Part shown: piece by piece, positions 1-9,551 of the stretch
Position numbering within the stretch: the first letter of the stretch is position 1
How the letters are laid out: the number at the start of each line of letters is the position of its first letter
Source: a virus
Taxonomy: Duplodnaviria; Heunggongvirae; Uroviricota; Caudoviricetes
Length of the DNA: 64,000 nt
IMG/VR virus record: IMGVR_UViG_3300020046_006452
Span: 21,296-85,295 of that record
Reading direction: 5' to 3' (one strand)
Made by a program: the position numbers and the translations under genes
The notes under the pieces: generated by a model
Told to the model about the DNA's origin: nothing
The model's database searches: none
The model's input: only the letters and a program-made list of their open reading frames with translations

Positions 1-313
1 GTCCTGAGGTGTAGCCTAGGCTAGTTAGTACTTGCTCAACCTCCACACTCACCAAACCAGAGCGGTTGGAGTAGGAGTTTATGCGAAAATCACTCTCTAG
101 GTACCTGTCGACCGCATTGTAGACGTCAACCTGAATGACGTCGTTAGGATACTGATTGAATATGTCCGGGTAGGTACCAAAAGAGGGTACCAAATTCGAT
201 CCTGGTGGAGGTGGAGTTGATTGGGTCGGAACAAAATCTAAGAAGCTACCCGAACCTCTACCAGAGGTCACCAATCCATTCCTAAAGTCCAACCTAGATG
301 TGTCTCGATTCAT
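1..313 (-). CDS. 5' part of a gene running off the window (104 codons, no stop); probable distal tail/structural protein
   Basis: ATG at 311-313 (minus strand), open frame to window edge; follows the Ig-domain fibre gene; CTATTTATA motif 3 nt upstream. Confidence 0.4.
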   Translation of the reverse strand, partial: MNRDTSRLDFRNGLVTSGRGSGSFLDFVPTQSTPPPPGSNLVPSFGTYPDIFNQYPNDVIQVDVYNAVDRYLESDFRINSYSNRSGLVSVEVEQVLTSLGYTSG

Positions 314-337
314 CCTCTATAAATAGAGACAGATCAA

Positions 338-2755
338 TTACCTAGTCCTAGCTCCAGGATCCGCCCGAAATAAATCCTGCCCGGTTTCTTCGGCAGTATT
401 AGTGTCCTGGTTGAGTTGACCTAGGGTTGATTGAGCCACTTGATCTTCTAACTCTAGGTTGTTTTGTTGCTGGGCAATTAGGAACAGAGCCTCTGTGTTG
501 GTCAGGAATGGGTTATTGGATGAGGGCCTCAATGGAACTGCTAGTGGGAACTTATCAGTAGCAGTATCAACATCAAAATAAGGGAATATCTCTGGATCCG
601 CTGAGTTATGTACGTTTTGGTTCAACCTCTGCACTCGATAACCTACTACGGTATTTTGTGGTGGAGGTAACTTGTAGCTTGGGAACTTAGTACTGACTGA
701 GAAGTTGTTGGGTACAACGAGAAACTTCATCTTTGTGATGCCACAACGAGGGTAGCTATAGTCCACCACCCTCCTACTGGTACCTGAGGATTGCCCTAGA
801 ACATCGTAGTAGATGGTTTGCTCCGGCCACTTTTTAGCTTTGGGGTCATTATCTAGGATCACATCGGAGGTGTGTGTGAACCGCACAGTAATTCGCGCGG
901 ATCGTGTTCCACGTGGAATGATGCGGGTTTTTTCAACACCGAACATAGCTGCAGCACCTCCCTCCTTCAATGCTCTACTCTTTCTATCTGGCTTGAGATT
1001 GTAGCCAATTGGGATAGGAGATCCAAACTGCATCCAGTTCAACTTACTTAGAGTAAACTTGGCTTGGGCATCAGTCAACTCACCTAATTTGTTTTGATCA
1101 CCTCCCCACGCTGCAAACCTACCAGCTGGTGAGTCCCCATCAGGAACCTCCCAGTACTGCTGTGGATACGGAGTTGCATCTTCAAACAGAGGCTTAAGTG
1201 CTTCAGTAGTGGTGTAAGTCTGGCCAAACACCTTGATTGGGTTGTTACTGGCTATCAGAAACTCAAATAGCGGATACAAGTTAAGTGGAAGGAAGGTGTG
1301 ATCCTTGATGGCAAATACTTCCCGCTCACTGGGACCATCAACTAAATCTTTAGAGAGCTGCCTACCCTGTTGATCTAAGTAGGCAATCTCCACCTGTGTA
1401 ATATCCTCTACTAGAGGTATAATCTCTATTGGGGTGTTTGGTACTAGAACAACCTTCCCAGTGACTAGATCATCCTCCAATCGAGCCATGAAGTCATCAT
1501 AGTTGGCTATGAACCAGTTGAAGGTTTGGTTTGTAGTTCTACCCTGACCAGCAACCTGGGCTCTTATCTTATACCGAGTCAGTCCAGCTCCCACGTAAGC
1601 AAAGAATTGTGAGGTGGCGTGAGCAACCCCATATACATTACCGTCAATGAAGTCAGCCAAGTCCAGCAGATCCACTACCTGAGTCATCTGGGATGTTGCC
1701 TTTCCTCCGTACTTAGTGAACTTGAGCTTATCGCGAGTGAAGTAACTCAACCGCTGATCTTCAGACTCCTTCTTCAGACCAATCACCGGAGTTTCTGTAT
1801 CATCGTGATTGAGGTTGTACTGGTCGATATACTTCATCGCAGGGAAGAAACCTCCAAAAGGCTCACCTGGATCCATCGCCTCATTGTCTATGATTTGAGG
1901 CGTTACACCGGTGATTACCCACCTTCTCCACGCCGCTAGAGGTTGATCAACAGATTGATCCGGCTTAACCTGCATCCACTCTGGATCGACGTTTTGCCAT
2001 CCTGGACCACTCTGGATCCATGGAAAGAATGCTCGGTATAGAGTATCGGAGTGGTTTTGACTGAACACAAACTCAACGCCCGAATTGTACTTTAAGCCAT
2101 CCTTAGTACTAAGCATCTCATACAGCTTAGGCATACTCCCAAACCCATTACTCAAGAAGAGACTACTAGCAAACTCCTTACTCAGTATGTCCGGATCAAC
2201 TGACCACCCATCTAGCTGAGAGTCAGCATTCCCGTTGATTAGTAGGTTAGAGTAGAGTTTGGGATACTGATCTAAGTCGATCACCTGCAGGTTTAGTCCT
2301 TCACTTTCAGTGCGGCCGATCTGATTACTAACCTCACACACATACACACCACTTGCTTCGGGAGTGCACTGTGGTTCAGTTAGTAGTAGATTATCACTGC
2401 CTCGATAGGAGTTACTGTTATTGATATCAACTAACAATACCCCATCACGTCGCCAAACAAAGCTCAATGTAGCGTCGCTATTTGGAGCAGCGAGGTTGGT
2501 TGGATCAGAAGCAAACACATTCCACGTTAGTCGAGTACCTCGAACTACCTTGAATATGCCATCAATTGGCTTGATCTTCTGGTAGATTATGTTGTTGTTT
2601 TCAACAGAGGCAATCCAAGTAGTTTGTGCTATGTTACTAGACGGTTGTGATCCTATGATGGGGTTGATCGACAGCTTGGGTAGCAGAGCAAAATCTCCCA
2701 CCCTAAGAGCAGGATCAGATGGAAATTGGATGGTGTTGATGTTGGATGTACTCAT
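338..2755 (-). CDS. large tail fibre / distal tail protein with Ig-like (I-set) domain
   Basis: 805 aa; motif GVYVCEVSNQIGRTESEG typical of Ig-like domains; sits in tail module next to baseplate genes. Confidence 0.55.
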   Translation of the reverse strand: MSTSNINTIQFPSDPALRVGDFALLPKLSINPIIGSQPSSNIAQTTWIASVENNNIIYQKIKPIDGIFKVVRGTRLTWNVFASDPTNLAAPNSDATLSFVWRRDGVLLVDINNSNSYRGSDNLLLTEPQCTPEASGVYVCEVSNQIGRTESEGLNLQVIDLDQYPKLYSNLLINGNADSQLDGWSVDPDILSKEFASSLFLSNGFGSMPKLYEMLSTKDGLKYNSGVEFVFSQNHSDTLYRAFFPWIQSGPGWQNVDPEWMQVKPDQSVDQPLAAWRRWVITGVTPQIIDNEAMDPGEPFGGFFPAMKYIDQYNLNHDDTETPVIGLKKESEDQRLSYFTRDKLKFTKYGGKATSQMTQVVDLLDLADFIDGNVYGVAHATSQFFAYVGAGLTRYKIRAQVAGQGRTTNQTFNWFIANYDDFMARLEDDLVTGKVVLVPNTPIEIIPLVEDITQVEIAYLDQQGRQLSKDLVDGPSEREVFAIKDHTFLPLNLYPLFEFLIASNNPIKVFGQTYTTTEALKPLFEDATPYPQQYWEVPDGDSPAGRFAAWGGDQNKLGELTDAQAKFTLSKLNWMQFGSPIPIGYNLKPDRKSRALKEGGAAAMFGVEKTRIIPRGTRSARITVRFTHTSDVILDNDPKAKKWPEQTIYYDVLGQSSGTSRRVVDYSYPRCGITKMKFLVVPNNFSVSTKFPSYKLPPPQNTVVGYRVQRLNQNVHNSADPEIFPYFDVDTATDKFPLAVPLRPSSNNPFLTNTEALFLIAQQQNNLELEDQVAQSTLGQLNQDTNTAEETGQDLFRADPGARTR

Positions 2756-5688
2756 TGCTCAAGGTTGAGTGGGAAGGTACCCTCGTGGATAATGTTATCC
2801 TGTATGGCTCTAATCTCAACCTGGTAATAACTACCTCCTGTGTCATAACCTAACACAGGAGTACCACCAAAATCACTACCACTTACAGCTCCATAACCCA
2901 CAGCCTGTACGGCGTAGAGGCTAACTGCTTTATCTGGATTCCTATTAGGAAGGCTGCTGCTCAAGGAGAGTATATCATCCTCAGTAATGGATCGCCCAAA
3001 CAAAGCTAGACCCAACCCACCTTGATCGGGGTTGTTGTATAGTACTTCATTAGGCAGCTTGAAGTAGAAGTCCCCCTGCGAATTGATACCATGCTCAACC
3101 TCGATAGGATCAAGTGATCCGGAACCAACCATCTCGGTAGTACGTGATAGGGTTACGATAGAATCTGTATCACGAGTGGTGGTGGGGTGTTTGATCTCTA
3201 GTAGGTAGCTGTTATAGACTAACGGCTCATTTGAGGATATAACCTCATCATTGTAGTTCTGGTTGGAATTGTAGGAGGTGTTTACCGTCAGTATTAGGTT
3301 ACTCTCTGCATTATCAACTCCCTTGTCACGTACGACGTAATGTAGGATGTACCTAGCCTTACCATTCCACTCATTTGGTATTGACTGTGATCCATTTTCA
3401 TCGAACACCATCCCACCTGCAGGTCCATCGGTAGCCTTTGCAAATAGATTTGAACTCAGGTTAGCAGCTGCTAGGTTCCTTGTAATAGTACTGACTTCAG
3501 TATATGTGCTCCATGAGGTACCTAGATTAGTACTGCCAGTGCGCGCAAGCAAGCTTCCCCAATCCCCAGCAGAAACCAAATCCCCCCTTCGAGTAGATAC
3601 CACTCTCCAGTTTAGTAGATTGAAGTCATCCTCGGTACTACCTCCTATGTGAAAATCAACAGGTAGGCCGGTGGTAAATGGGAATAGTCGTTGATCTAAG
3701 ATTGGAAGTTGGTAGGGTATTCCTTGGTTAGGCTCAACCTGGAAGTTGATAGCTGTTATGTCTGCAGACGAGCTTGAGAAGCTAGATTGGTGTGAAAAGG
3801 TAGTGTATAGTCTCTTGAGGCGCCTTTCAAATGGATCAAAGGGTACCTCCAATAGCTGAGAGGTTACCTCCGATTGCTGTACATTGTTGGTTGATAGTGC
3901 TTGGTTTGTATAGAAGCTAGTTAGATTGGGCTTCTCATTTAGAATCGGCACCAATCCCAAAACCAAACCAGTGATTATTGGTCGTGGATCTGGTTGAGTG
4001 AGAAACTTCTCCGTAGCTGGAATCTGATCAGATGTGTTCAGTCGATCAAAAATGGAATCGGTATTCGATGGAAGCTCACCAAAGGTATTCTTCTTCGCAG
4101 GCCTGCTCCATCCACTGAAGTCCCAAACCTCATCAGACCCTAGCTCCGATAGAGTCCCTGGTTCTATCAGCTTATAGTCTTCACAGAAGAAGTTGAGCGC
4201 TACCCTAATCTTGTTAGTTTTAGGATTCAACTTGTCCAGGATCACCCTGTTGAACTCCACGTACTGGCCAAACGTAAATCGATCCTCGTAGTTAGGCATC
4301 AAGCTATCTGCAGCGTGGAGGATTCGATCTACTCTCTCACCAGGACTAGTAAAACCCAGCTCATACTGATCGGTTGGAAACCTCGTTGAACCAGGATAGT
4401 AAGGTGTTGATGGTGCTTGATTGATGGCTTTAGTGTAGGGGTCGTGTAGAGTGATTACTCTAGTTTCTAGGGTAGATTGTCCAGATTGGTTGAGTAACCT
4501 ACTAGCTAGTCTTGTCTCATCTTGGAACTCCTCAATAGTGACGTACGCACGGTCAATCAACTCAGGTTGCCCTGCAGCCAACCAATTCTCAACGCTCAAC
4601 CTAGGTGCACCGAAGAAGTGCTCTCGCCTATTCTTACGGTTGTTTATAGGTGTCAGTTCCTCGGTAGGAGCATAGTTTGATATGCCAGTACCAATATAGC
4701 ATCCAAAGATGCCCCGCAAACCACCTATACCATAGACCCCTCCAGCAATCAAATCAACTAGGTCAGACAGATCAATATCTTGGTAGGCCTTAACGTAAGT
4801 ACTACCTCCGCGAGCAAGGAACTTATATGGTGCTCTACTGAAGTATGTTCCTCGCCTGGTTAAGTTGCTAGCTAGGTCAACGCCCCTTATCACACCAGGG
4901 TTTAGCTGGTAGGGTCTTGGATGCATCATGTCAGCCGTATACCCAAACACGTTGATGTTATTGACTACCTTGAACTGTTCAGCTGAGGTAGTGGACATCT
5001 CCTTGGTTACAAACTCCGAGGTACTGGCATTCCAACCATCTACGCCGTCTTGGCCGTAGGGGTTGGTTATTAGGTTTGAGTGTAGCTTAGGGTCGGCATC
5101 TGGATTGTATACCTCAATTACCACAGCCTCACTTAGGACTGAGCCAATATCATTCGACACCTCACACTGGTAGGTTCCACTATGAGTGATTTGGATATTG
5201 GTGATCACACACTCACCTCGATCCACCATCAAGGAACTTCGAAGCCTACCTAGCTGAAAATCTGCTAGTGGTATATCATTGACCTTCCAGGTGTACACTA
5301 GATCTGTTTGATCCGGTATCATAACCAGGAGGCCATTCTCAACGTTGAGCTTGTCGGGTTGTTGAGCTGCAAATCGTAAGGTTATGCTTGTGCCTATGCA
5401 TACCCTAACTACCCCACTTGCATTAACGTACATACTTTGCCCACTCCCATCTACTAAGTGAATTGACTTGATTGGAGGTGTGGATCCATCAACCACTGTC
5501 GCTACTACAGTGGGAGTTTTGTTCACAATTACAGGAAGTAGGTCGTAGCTTGTTAGATTCTCGTTGAGACTAGAGGTCACTAGGGGTGATAGGCTTACAG
5601 ACGAAGTTGCCTGGAAGTTATCATTTGCATCACCAACTAACGCTCCATCCGGATACCTCATGTAGCCCTTAGTACTTTGAACACCCAA
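2752..5688 (-). CDS. large tail fibre / baseplate-distal protein with Ig-like domain
   Basis: 978 aa; motif GTYQCEVSNDIGSVLSEAVVIEV; 4-nt overlap with downstream gene; alternative start MRYPDG about 5661. Confidence 0.55.
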   Translation of the reverse strand: MGVQSTKGYMRYPDGALVGDANDNFQATSSVSLSPLVTSSLNENLTSYDLLPVIVNKTPTVVATVVDGSTPPIKSIHLVDGSGQSMYVNASGVVRVCIGTSITLRFAAQQPDKLNVENGLLVMIPDQTDLVYTWKVNDIPLADFQLGRLRSSLMVDRGECVITNIQITHSGTYQCEVSNDIGSVLSEAVVIEVYNPDADPKLHSNLITNPYGQDGVDGWNASTSEFVTKEMSTTSAEQFKVVNNINVFGYTADMMHPRPYQLNPGVIRGVDLASNLTRRGTYFSRAPYKFLARGGSTYVKAYQDIDLSDLVDLIAGGVYGIGGLRGIFGCYIGTGISNYAPTEELTPINNRKNRREHFFGAPRLSVENWLAAGQPELIDRAYVTIEEFQDETRLASRLLNQSGQSTLETRVITLHDPYTKAINQAPSTPYYPGSTRFPTDQYELGFTSPGERVDRILHAADSLMPNYEDRFTFGQYVEFNRVILDKLNPKTNKIRVALNFFCEDYKLIEPGTLSELGSDEVWDFSGWSRPAKKNTFGELPSNTDSIFDRLNTSDQIPATEKFLTQPDPRPIITGLVLGLVPILNEKPNLTSFYTNQALSTNNVQQSEVTSQLLEVPFDPFERRLKRLYTTFSHQSSFSSSSADITAINFQVEPNQGIPYQLPILDQRLFPFTTGLPVDFHIGGSTEDDFNLLNWRVVSTRRGDLVSAGDWGSLLARTGSTNLGTSWSTYTEVSTITRNLAAANLSSNLFAKATDGPAGGMVFDENGSQSIPNEWNGKARYILHYVVRDKGVDNAESNLILTVNTSYNSNQNYNDEVISSNEPLVYNSYLLEIKHPTTTRDTDSIVTLSRTTEMVGSGSLDPIEVEHGINSQGDFYFKLPNEVLYNNPDQGGLGLALFGRSITEDDILSLSSSLPNRNPDKAVSLYAVQAVGYGAVSGSDFGGTPVLGYDTGGSYYQVEIRAIQDNIIHEGTFPLNLEQ

Positions 5689-6761
5689 TTGTAATCAAAC
5701 ACCTGATGGCCGTAAGATCCAGAATTAGGCACTCTAAGCAGTATCTTATAGAACCTTTCTGGTTGAAAACTAGCCATGTGTAGCTTGATGTAGTTTCCAC
5801 TGGAGTCCTCACTCACCTTAGTATAGGGGCTGAAGTCAATAATCATATCATCACTTTGAGCACTCTGTATTGCATACTGTGATCCCGAGACGATAAAGCG
5901 ATCTAGGTAGGCAGAGGATGTAGCAAATGATCTAGCAGGATACCTAGGTCGAGCAGCAAATCTAACGATCGGAGTTGCTAGCTCGCTATACGTTGACTGC
6001 AGGTTTACCGGTACGATGTTGAATATGCTAGAGGGATCAATCGATTGGAGACTTCCCGTAAAGGTGCTATCATCATAACGTGCCTCCAAGGTGGGTAGAA
6101 ATACGGTTGAGGTATCCTTGCTGAAGAACTTCAGACTAGAAAAGGTCATCGCAGAGGCCTCATCTTCAGCACTCTTCATGATGATAACTCCAGCAAAGGG
6201 TATAGAGCCTGACTGCACCTCGTGAATGATATCGTTGAGGTCAAAACTAAAGTCAGCAGTGGTGTAAGTGAAGGAGTGACTAGCGGCACTGGAGGTATAC
6301 CAGGTACCGCCTCCGGGATTGGTAGTGTAGGATCCTGTGGTGTTTACCTCGAACGACTGAGTCAACCACGCAGATCCGGTATTAGTCAATCCAGTGCGGT
6401 AGTTCCAACTAACCCCTTCCGTTGTCGAGGGACTATTTGCATACTTCCCAATGCCCATAGTCCAACTCTGAGAAATGGGATAGCAGTATAGATTGAAGTC
6501 TGCAGGGATCTCACTAACCTCTGAGGCATATAGACGCAACTTCCAATCAAATTGGTTGGGATCTAAGCCCATATCCACTATACTGGCTGATATGGCACTG
6601 TAGTTGAAGTCCAACAACGCCCTTGAGTTATACAGGCTGGAAGATAGTGTGGTACCGGTCTTTTGCTTAGCTATCTCGAGGCTGGCATCTAGGCCAGTAT
6701 TCCTACTAGGATAGCGCTCGTAGATGGTTGCATCTTTGGAGGGGTAGAACTTTAATACCAT
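5658..6761 (-). CDS. baseplate / tail structural protein
   Basis: 367 aa ORF in the co-directional tail gene block; no recognisable motif. Confidence 0.45.
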   Translation of the reverse strand: MVLKFYPSKDATIYERYPSRNTGLDASLEIAKQKTGTTLSSSLYNSRALLDFNYSAISASIVDMGLDPNQFDWKLRLYASEVSEIPADFNLYCYPISQSWTMGIGKYANSPSTTEGVSWNYRTGLTNTGSAWLTQSFEVNTTGSYTTNPGGGTWYTSSAASHSFTYTTADFSFDLNDIIHEVQSGSIPFAGVIIMKSAEDEASAMTFSSLKFFSKDTSTVFLPTLEARYDDSTFTGSLQSIDPSSIFNIVPVNLQSTYSELATPIVRFAARPRYPARSFATSSAYLDRFIVSGSQYAIQSAQSDDMIIDFSPYTKVSEDSSGNYIKLHMASFQPERFYKILLRVPNSGSYGHQVFDYNWVFKVLRAT

Positions 6762-6762
6762 C

Positions 6763-8655
6763 TTAGTAGCTTGCTATACGACCTTTAATGTCGGAGTTGG
6801 GGTATTTTACTTCAAAGATACACGGATCGATACTAGGGTACACAATACCATTGCGAGTAGCCTCAGCGATGTTGTAGGCTACATTACTATATCCATCTGA
6901 TTGGTTGTAGAGGTTCTTTATTTGCACCTTAGCAACACTCTGTACACCAGGAACATCATTCAACACACCCGCAATATCCCCATACACAATTGGTTGGTTA
7001 ATCTGCCAACGATCGATATCAAAGAAGTCCTTCATGGCCTGTATTGATAGGGCCAGCACTTCATTTAGATTGTAATCTGGTAGGGGTACGATATCGAACT
7101 CAACTGCAATGTTGACGATAAAGGCATCACGAAGATTGATACTATCCGTCAGCATTCTGTACTGAGAGAGATAGGTTTTGAGATTCTCTTTGATAGCCCT
7201 ATTAGCCTGGGTCAGGTTCTTGTTATTGTCGTACCCAAGTAGGTACATATTGAGAGCGAGAGGATTGGCAACAGTATCATTGACTTCACTGGTTGCAAGA
7301 TTAGCTTGCTCATCCGGAGTAATGTACACCTTAGCGACGCTACCAAACATAGCAGGCATTGCATATGCTCGCACAATGTAGTCTTCCCTAGTAACTGCCC
7401 TATTCTGAGATGTCAGCTGTGCAAGAGCCTTCTGTCTAATCTCATCGATTGGCTCTAATGACATACCACCACCAGCTGCGGTATGGTTGTTAACAGCTAC
7501 GGAGCTTGCAATTAGGTTAGTGAGCTCAGGAGAGGTCGATGGAAAGTTAGAGATGTCCGTTGACATCTCCACAATGTCTGTTATTGTGTTGCTTGGTGAG
7601 TTAGCTTCCACCCCACCTCCTACTAAGTAGGTTACAGTTAGTGTGGTATTTGAAGGTGCAACACCGTAGGCTGATGTAATGATTGGAGCTTGAGGATCTA
7701 CAGAGATGTCAAGATTCTCAATTCCGGTAGGAAGGGAGATACCAAAATTCTCTGGGAGAGCCAGTAGCTCTTCGTCAGGAGCAGAACTAATACCAGCTCC
7801 AAATTGAATCTCCAACCCATCCTCAACTACACGAGTAACAAACCTTCTAGGCACTCTCTTTAACTTGAGTAGATATGGAGTGTCCTCGCTATACACTGCA
7901 GCGTCAGGATCATTGTAGGCTGTGTTGGTCACCTTTTCGAAGATGGTATCTTGAGCGAGGTATGGTACCTCGTACCAAGTGTTACCATCGGAGTCAACAA
8001 TACTCTCGATTCCAATTACTTTAGTATCAGCCAATTTGTACTTGAGGAACTTCTTGACTGAGGTTACTTCCACCTCCGCTACCTTACGAGAGGCAGATAT
8101 TGCCCTGCGTACCTTCTTTGCTAAGTAGTAGTTTGGTGCGCCCGCTCCATCAACACTGTATACTGTAATCTCTGTTGGATCTTCGAGCGTGTTATTTGCA
8201 AAGTCAACAGCCTCACGTACAATAAACTCAGTTCTACCCACAGTAGATCGTACTTTCATTCCAGATCCAATCTGAATGGCGTACGCCAAATCAGGAGCTA
8301 CACCAACACCACTACCTGAGGAAGGTAGTAGTTGAAAGATGTCTAGATCCACTTCTGCAGGAGTGCTCAGCTTTGGCTTATAACCAAAAGCAGTAGCTAT
8401 ATTCAGTACACTCCTCCTCTCAGTGGCATGTAGAAGTAAACTCTCCTTGAGTTGACTATCCACGTAGTAGCTTAACACATCACCAACATACGCAGCCATC
8501 TCAAGGAACATCATTCCAGGAGAGGCTTCATTGAAGTCGTTATAGGTGTTGGGGTAGTAGTTCTTAGTGAACTCTATCAACCCAGCCTTAAGGCTGTTGA
8601 AATCCCTGCCCAAGTAAGGGACACTCTTTGCGCGGTGAGTGTTGTTGTTAGCCAT
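6763..8655 (-). CDS. baseplate wedge protein, J/gp6-like (putative)
   Basis: 630 aa immediately downstream of the gp25/W-like gene (conserved W-J synteny); start overlaps gp25-like gene. Confidence 0.45.
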   Translation of the reverse strand: MANNNTHRAKSVPYLGRDFNSLKAGLIEFTKNYYPNTYNDFNEASPGMMFLEMAAYVGDVLSYYVDSQLKESLLLHATERRSVLNIATAFGYKPKLSTPAEVDLDIFQLLPSSGSGVGVAPDLAYAIQIGSGMKVRSTVGRTEFIVREAVDFANNTLEDPTEITVYSVDGAGAPNYYLAKKVRRAISASRKVAEVEVTSVKKFLKYKLADTKVIGIESIVDSDGNTWYEVPYLAQDTIFEKVTNTAYNDPDAAVYSEDTPYLLKLKRVPRRFVTRVVEDGLEIQFGAGISSAPDEELLALPENFGISLPTGIENLDISVDPQAPIITSAYGVAPSNTTLTVTYLVGGGVEANSPSNTITDIVEMSTDISNFPSTSPELTNLIASSVAVNNHTAAGGGMSLEPIDEIRQKALAQLTSQNRAVTREDYIVRAYAMPAMFGSVAKVYITPDEQANLATSEVNDTVANPLALNMYLLGYDNNKNLTQANRAIKENLKTYLSQYRMLTDSINLRDAFIVNIAVEFDIVPLPDYNLNEVLALSIQAMKDFFDIDRWQINQPIVYGDIAGVLNDVPGVQSVAKVQIKNLYNQSDGYSNVAYNIAEATRNGIVYPSIDPCIFEVKYPNSDIKGRIASY

Positions 8656-9067
8656 CTACACTCAAGGTTAGTATTATGGATCTGGTGTCAAACATATTGC
8701 CCTTAAGGCTGATTACTAGGGTAAGCCCAACTGTATTTGAGTCTTGGGGGATGAGCTCTAATTTATTGATTGCAATGTAGGGTAGCCAGTAAGCAAAGGC
8801 TTCCCTGATCCTAGAGTCCATCTTGGTCAAGAGGCTGGGTGTGACCTGTTCAAACAATGACTTACGTAAATCGCAGCCGAACTCGGGATGCATTAAGCGC
8901 TCACCTCTATCTGTTAGCAGTAGATTGCGCGCGTTTGCACTTGCCTGATCTAGGGTGGTATAGTTCAGTTTTAAGGTAGTGCCAGTGGATCCAATCATAG
9001 GTAGATCAATCCCCACAGCAACATCTAGCTCTAGGTCAATGGGATTGATTCGGATTGGAGTTGCCAC
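8648..9067 (-). CDS. baseplate wedge protein gp25/GPW-like (lysozyme-like fold)
   Basis: 139 aa; LLLTDRGERLMHPEFGCDL matches the (T/R)xxGERxMxPxFG signature of the GPW/gp25 family. Confidence 0.6.
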   Translation of the reverse strand: MATPIRINPIDLELDVAVGIDLPMIGSTGTTLKLNYTTLDQASANARNLLLTDRGERLMHPEFGCDLRKSLFEQVTPSLLTKMDSRIREAFAYWLPYIAINKLELIPQDSNTVGLTLVISLKGNMFDTRSIILTLSVDG

Positions 9068-9516
9068 TAGTACTTGCTATTATGGATTGCTTCTGCACTC
9101 TTTACTACAGCCCTGTAATCCTTCACAAAAGCCATCGTTGGATCTCCACTAGGATTGTAGTTAGGAGTAGCTGCCTGATGGATTGGGGCGACACCTTCCT
9201 CGATCATACCGTAATCGCTATCAGAATACTCCCCAGTGTCGGGAATAGGACTAGGGTGAGACATCATTGCCATTGCTGTCTCATTTAGGATGTCTCCTAC
9301 AGCACCAGGGATCTGAAACCTCCTTGGTGTGGGGGTCGCTGTTACGGGACGGGGCTTTGGTGTCAAAGCCTGTGCCAATAGCCCGGGCTTCTGGGCAGTC
9401 CTCGGTTGTGAAGCCTTTGATTCAACTAACGCAGTACGTAATTCTTCGCGAACTGCCTGCCTAACCTCCTCTCTAATTAGCTTTGCTAGGACCTTGAGGA
9501 ACTGTTTGCTGTCCAT
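9067..9516 (-). CDS. hypothetical tail/baseplate protein
   Basis: 149 aa ORF between tape-measure-like and gp25-like genes. Confidence 0.4.
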   Translation of the reverse strand: MDSKQFLKVLAKLIREEVRQAVREELRTALVESKASQPRTAQKPGLLAQALTPKPRPVTATPTPRRFQIPGAVGDILNETAMAMMSHPSPIPDTGEYSDSDYGMIEEGVAPIHQAATPNYNPSGDPTMAFVKDYRAVVKSAEAIHNSKY

Positions 9517-9551
9517 ATGTGTACACTTTGTAATACATAGTGGAACGGTGT

